Part shown: in pieces, positions 61,701-64,000 of the stretch | Layout: each line of letters starts with the position of its first letter | Numbering within the stretch: the stretch's first letter is position 1 | NCBI GenBank assembly: GCA_964019335.1 | Contig: OZ025724.1 | Span: 372,001 to 436,000 of the forward strand | Reading direction: 5' to 3' | From: Diplonema japonicum | Lineage: Eukaryota; Protista; Euglenozoa: Diplonemea | DNA: 64,000 nucleotides | Notes under the pieces: model-generated | The model's input: only the letters and a program-made list of their open reading frames with translations | What the model was told of the DNA's origin: nothing | Database searches by the model: none | Position numbers and translations under genes: made by a program

Positions 61701-61770
61701 GTGGTATGTCATCTTGTGTCAGGAAGTCCACCACATTCACCTTCTCCACTTGCCTCGGGGGCTCTGCCAT
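55762..61770 (-). CDS. Multidomain Tpt1/KptA-like + RNase III + AEP/PrimPol-like protein
   Basis: NGWVPL...RALYHHS...LYHSV; FNRQEFVGDAALDL...KVHGDLLESLLGGMYLDMG; AIDLDG...SQHMHW...IDAGMF.SRKLRM..SDK. Confidence 0.82.
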   Translation of the reverse strand: MAEPPRQVEKVNVVDFLTQDDIPPGVAEEAAQQFIEAAQSEECFKSHERCGIRFMKLICAVWLHDSFPSKVGKLAEYHMELMANRNCDSLFTRDWNMSPLASSTTRKICVSTGYVLLSCLGHTDLQACACVLHKRYLSCHSEQSLGNLYGTQLVKHYCVVNNGDKYVEKDGKTSCEITLSIKKQKNILIRVGLQDSKVSAKRILTKRVHHVIFKHYFQELECKYKDGQASIFANNKVVYECPHKSDDPSYAEEMAITMYLDREMKIAKQDAQVTADSDIVIPREKRIKSENGLPQEERGEFPLNPKNVWKHVKVIFRGEKGIVDKFDLSEENKVDFETNGWVPLDLIVAQLKEGGEPAASEEALAEFMSMHDVLGRLDFKEGKGRALYHHSSDSRVNLEESDKVYEKLEFDNTDEEVLEQYMKQHGLEDVLYHSVTNIERITAANKNQKVGIKCAPYCKVVLATRCTVDAMEDYWESETIYGKLDYHVYLDVRDLLREGWVLRKCKVHNRTDPIVLVRFEDNTHIQEVQSTKREVYLPTMRYWHRDDGEKAINIDPEMLKENHKKYVTKCEQGPSSAKAMERCELNMLVQLIDDDMRRYEAGETMPHYELSRVAWDGVREAIEAVTKEKQYEFTVKDLEDKNVMLFLKRQQWPSDLVPHLLEGTHSQYTNTSHVTDALRPNTVKFNRQEFVGDAALDLCVACDCHTIDKHDNPLEWTTHITYFTTTVTNGHGDEYKDAGLLPIAKKLFENRSSLVLGVTPLAERNEKVHGDLLESLLGGMYLDMGLATLHERVRYLFAKYGRQDTRLGNLYKMKTLPEDCPVFTFSGKLFEESQLASYNEQKAKQGTKAKVTKMGAKDTGAVSILHGLKTIDLKKNKPAWTTHFRFQGMQSSYSRCFTSTEVHTRMTEALTRSVVGYTNEAVSLMSRLAIDLDGISSEEIVFPHHPKYGTWTIAEIIHRLVADKIPNHYNMTILLDISRPDKASQHMHWPFIPMWAADIYSLLCDLQKEFCTIEEDYVSLHEGPKYKLSVLENMRCEGCAQKEPKTAEYYEPNIRIFKCEECIKLKSYAKKAFKAIKECQLEEAFKAHLEKKWADYIDAGMFVSRKLRMYLSDKFDEDVDPPRPKGYPVHQKKIYLHTKPGSPDVKPELLYNFDDEKPVHHTNGVPVPHMDMLRLASLRHPTYMMSYHHKCTSGDGFWHPATLPENVEVQKEDTFEGPNIDALYSSAITLGDVKRITVSFADYEKKQNEWTEPYSVYAGDTFNKMFEVTIGSDRKELWQHGEMLLYVERHSRVEQKFKIEVVKMLEPEAAKQYCSYYTSEDTCDQAVQAVLDMWGESCGDRERARIVEEQPSPTRVDTKIVTGGVEQSGTKKKKKGKKVLDIFEPDNEAENLQESAGPSPASKREETILDTKIVTGGVEQSGTKKKKKGKKVLDFFEPDNTAENLQKSAGLSPSKREETIPEAAESVHTTVTMAAEPNVSATEALPSAAVNASNSKLREVTRSQLRSMDYVFDSPTEPLAPPTPLSSTAAPAAPFPYVNALATPSPNTLAPSTVAPTTPATQSPDTLAPSTVAPTQPLTSALVRMQTTATPPTSAVSDTLTRTAIPTSVPTMSQTTAAVAPSSTSTSSVVPQHVPPVSNGQTLPVQAARSPVPDLLSNTASMDPSVPLSAGSASNLTPMATTAQSSAGGLTRETLPVATAQYQVTDVEHTPVMRKIKKVRAPPDVHPQLNPPHVNVRATGTSPQTQVDASHFPSIAHQVNPHLGNWQSVEHGQPTIDSQVSDTRAAIELLMKRDKQWEDIVKQLTHRVELLEQHIPTVYPQSYTHYQEAIPLNQSQNYTQQEVYPAEYTPQHQDPTSPSVPQHVSPVSGQPLPVDQPQSYTQQGVYPQSYTHYQEAIPLNQSQNYTQQEVYPAEYTPQHQDPTSPSVPQHMSPVSGQPLPVDQPQSYTQQGVYPVGYMPQYQPGFSQPPEVSQPAQNHGLQPNTECGYPPFQNTNYLVEGPG
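55910..56320 (-). repeat. Intragenic 201-bp tandem duplication (Q/P/Y-rich)
   Basis: ggatatact recurs at 56312, 56111 and 55910; two near-identical 67-aa units. Confidence 0.9.
57390..57704 (-). repeat. Intragenic 159-bp tandem duplication containing KKKKKGKK
   Basis: DTKIVTGGVEQSGTKKKKKGKKVLD twice, 159 bp apart. Confidence 0.9.
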
Positions 61771-61877
61771 GCCCAGACCTGTCTGTGCAAGGTAACACGC
61801 TGTAATAGCCTTTGCATATTTGAAATATAAGCACGCCAGAAGGCTGTGTAGATAAAAATAAAAAGGAGTAGTTGAAT

Positions 61878-61914
<37 letters not shown>

Positions 61915-61950
61915 GCTGTGTACAGAGTAGGGAAGAGGGTTGTGCCGTTT

Positions 61951-64000
61951 CTACAGCTCTCCGCAGAGGATCCAGAAGTCAGGGTTATCACCTGGGCCCA
62001 TCTCTTTAATCCAATCGCTAGAGGCTGTCTGTAGGGTGTTGCGATTGGTGCAGAACATCTCTGCGAGCTTAACAAGGATATCGTGCAGGATTGCAGGCGT
62101 GAGTGAAGTGTTGCTTGCCAGGCGCTCGTACTCTGCTTGGATGGTTGGAGACACGAACTGCGGTTTATCTGTCACGATATTGGTATCATCCGCATCATCG
62201 TCGATCACCTCCAGCACATCTGCTTGCCTCGCTGAGTTGCCTCCTTCCCAGCGGCATGTGCTCGAGCACCCGTCATTGTTGTTCCTGTTACCATCGTCGC
62301 ACTGCTCAGCAGGGTCGGTCGTACCGTCCCCGCAGCATGTCTTCTTGCTCAAGTATCCTGCCACCAGCCATTCCCAGTCGGGGGGGCTGTTCCCTTCCAC
62401 TTGCAGTGCTAAGTTGTCCACCCCATATGTGTACGAGTGCCCATCGGGGAGGTCGGTAATATCCCACATGTCTCGAATGGTTACACGCGTCCCGAACAAG
62501 TTCCACAACTTGCCTCCGTTAGAGTTATACACGAAGGGCATTTCAGAATCAAGCTGCACTCTGGACAAAGGGATGATCCCCGACGAGGCACCGTTGACAG
62601 CAGGGTAGTAGTGCTTCTGCGCGAGGTTTGACTTGTCAACCTTATCATATTCGTGGTAGTCTTGCCACAAGGCGTACAGCCTATCGATATTGGCATGATG
62701 CACGAAGAAGAGTGGGTCGTCTGGCGACCTGCGTGTCGCCATTTGGCCCCCAATAAAGTTGTGGGGTGCTGCATGTGGGCCAGCTTCAAGGCGTGGGCGG
62801 AAGTCTTTGTACTTGTGGTGTGCAGTGATAACTGTCCCGACCTCTGCTTCGCTTGCGAAGGCGTAGGTGTTAACGTTGCCATTCGACCTCTTCAAACACG
62901 TCCCCTCTGAAGTGGCCCAGCTGGCGGCGATGCCCGAGTTGACGCACTGCAGTGTCGACGTCATGTGGTGCTCAAAGTCGCCGAAAGTCTTGTGCCTCAG
63001 CGGCGTGGACTTGCGCTCATCATCTGCATCGCGCTCCCAGTCCCAGTATGGTACAGTGATACACTCGTAGCCAGTGATACTCCTCAAGAGATTCTCGTAC
63101 TGCAGCAGATACCACCTGTGCCAAGGAAGGAATGCAGACGTGCTGTGCGCATATTTCATCATGTAGCTGTGCGTGTCGACCAACTTGTTGTAGTCCCACG
63201 GCTTCTGTCTCTTCAGTTCGTCGACTGCATTGACGTAACGCATCCTCTCGCTGCACAGAAGGGTGCTGTAGGATTTCCTCACTCTCGGAGGGCAAGTGTT
63301 GGGCAATGGAGGGGGTGGCGGCGGAGGGGGCTCAATAGGTACACCTCCAGTGTGGTACTTCACCACCAGCTTAGCTCCCACGCCATCTCCGTCGATTGAC
63401 TCAGCCACTCTCCTACGATTCCCTACCACATTCCTTATAACCACAGACACGGCATTGCCAGCTGACCACCCCTGCTTGTCAATGACTGCTTGGAGTTCCG
63501 CTGCCATGTCAGGCGACTCGAAAGTAGTGCCCACTGACCAAACTGTGCTAGTTTTCCATGGCACACCAGCCCCCAACGACCTGCCCGAGGGACGCCTCGA
63601 AGACGACCAACTTCGTGAATTTGTTGAGTCATCGAACGCCAGCTCTAAGTGGATTGCACCTGTTTTTCTCTCGTCGCACTTGAAGACTACTTTCGCTTCT
63701 ACAACAGTAGCGCCTTTGGGTACGTTCACACGCCTCCAGCGGATGCCCACCTTCTGCGCTGTGCCTTTCTCGGTGGCCAGCTCAAGGTCGGAGCTGTCGT
63801 AGATCATGCCGTTGGGCTTCTCCTCAACATCGTCGTTGCAGTTGGCGATGTACGACGTACAGGTGACTACGTCAACCTTTGTAGGCACAGGGGTGGGCTG
63901 TGGAGTAGGCTGCGGAGTGGGAAGCGGTGTCGGTAAAGGCGTGGGTGCTGGTGTCGGAGGTGGAGTGGGCCGTGGGGTAGGGTTTGGTGTAGGTCCAGGT
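61951..64000 (-). CDS. Multidomain tyrosinase (5'-partial)
   Basis: CuA H....AH...FLPWHR; CuB PHAAPHNFIGG...SPDDPLFFVHHANIDR; CGDG...EQCDDGN...DGCSSTC repeat; frame stays open through a PT linker to the window edge. Confidence 0.92.
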   Translation of the reverse strand, partial: PGPTPNPTPRPTPPPTPAPTPLPTPLPTPQPTPQPTPVPTKVDVVTCTSYIANCNDDVEEKPNGMIYDSSDLELATEKGTAQKVGIRWRRVNVPKGATVVEAKVVFKCDERKTGAIHLELAFDDSTNSRSWSSSRRPSGRSLGAGVPWKTSTVWSVGTTFESPDMAAELQAVIDKQGWSAGNAVSVVIRNVVGNRRRVAESIDGDGVGAKLVVKYHTGGVPIEPPPPPPPPLPNTCPPRVRKSYSTLLCSERMRYVNAVDELKRQKPWDYNKLVDTHSYMMKYAHSTSAFLPWHRWYLLQYENLLRSITGYECITVPYWDWERDADDERKSTPLRHKTFGDFEHHMTSTLQCVNSGIAASWATSEGTCLKRSNGNVNTYAFASEAEVGTVITAHHKYKDFRPRLEAGPHAAPHNFIGGQMATRRSPDDPLFFVHHANIDRLYALWQDYHEYDKVDKSNLAQKHYYPAVNGASSGIIPLSRVQLDSEMPFVYNSNGGKLWNLFGTRVTIRDMWDITDLPDGHSYTYGVDNLALQVEGNSPPDWEWLVAGYLSKKTCCGDGTTDPAEQCDDGNRNNNDGCSSTCRWEGGNSARQADVLEVIDDDADDTNIVTDKPQFVSPTIQAEYERLASNTSLTPAILHDILVKLAEMFCTNRNTLQTASSDWIKEMGPGDNPDFWILCGEL

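Noticed and set aside
3941-63936. Long plus-strand ORFs (e.g. 3941..4987, 5069..6055, 42872..44218, 58880..59659)
   Set aside because: Antisense shadows of well-supported minus-strand genes
1-64000. rRNA, spliced-leader RNA or snRNA genes
   Set aside because: No recognisable match on either strand

Overview
Eukaryotic genomic DNA, most likely euglenozoan and probably a diplonemid (inference). About 19 recognisable host genes all lie on the minus strand, are mostly intronless and are separated by homopolymer-rich spacers. They encode a PHO80-like cyclin, an acylated multi-PAS protein, two multi-TM class-3 lipases, an ATG13-like HORMA protein, a MAPEG protein, a cyclic-nucleotide-regulated K+ channel, an RRM protein, a secreted beta-helix protein, two CocE/NonD hydrolases, a DOMON/mucin surface protein, a cyclase-like TM protein and a tyrosinase. 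Two highlights: (1) a 2002-aa protein joining a degenerate Tpt1/KptA-like domain, an RNase III domain with intact catalytic residues and an AEP/PrimPol-like domain with intact motifs; (2) a hidden AhpC/TSA-type selenoprotein (FYRGGW-U-PAC, in-frame TGA at 39071-39073) with a candidate, unusually elongated SECIS. Also present: a segmental duplication with patchy homogenisation, a four-layer nest of mobile elements around a decayed piggyBac, two decayed pogo elements (one in a probable intron), MITEs, hairpin elements and a 5'-truncated LINE. All assignments come from motif recognition by eye; no searches were run.
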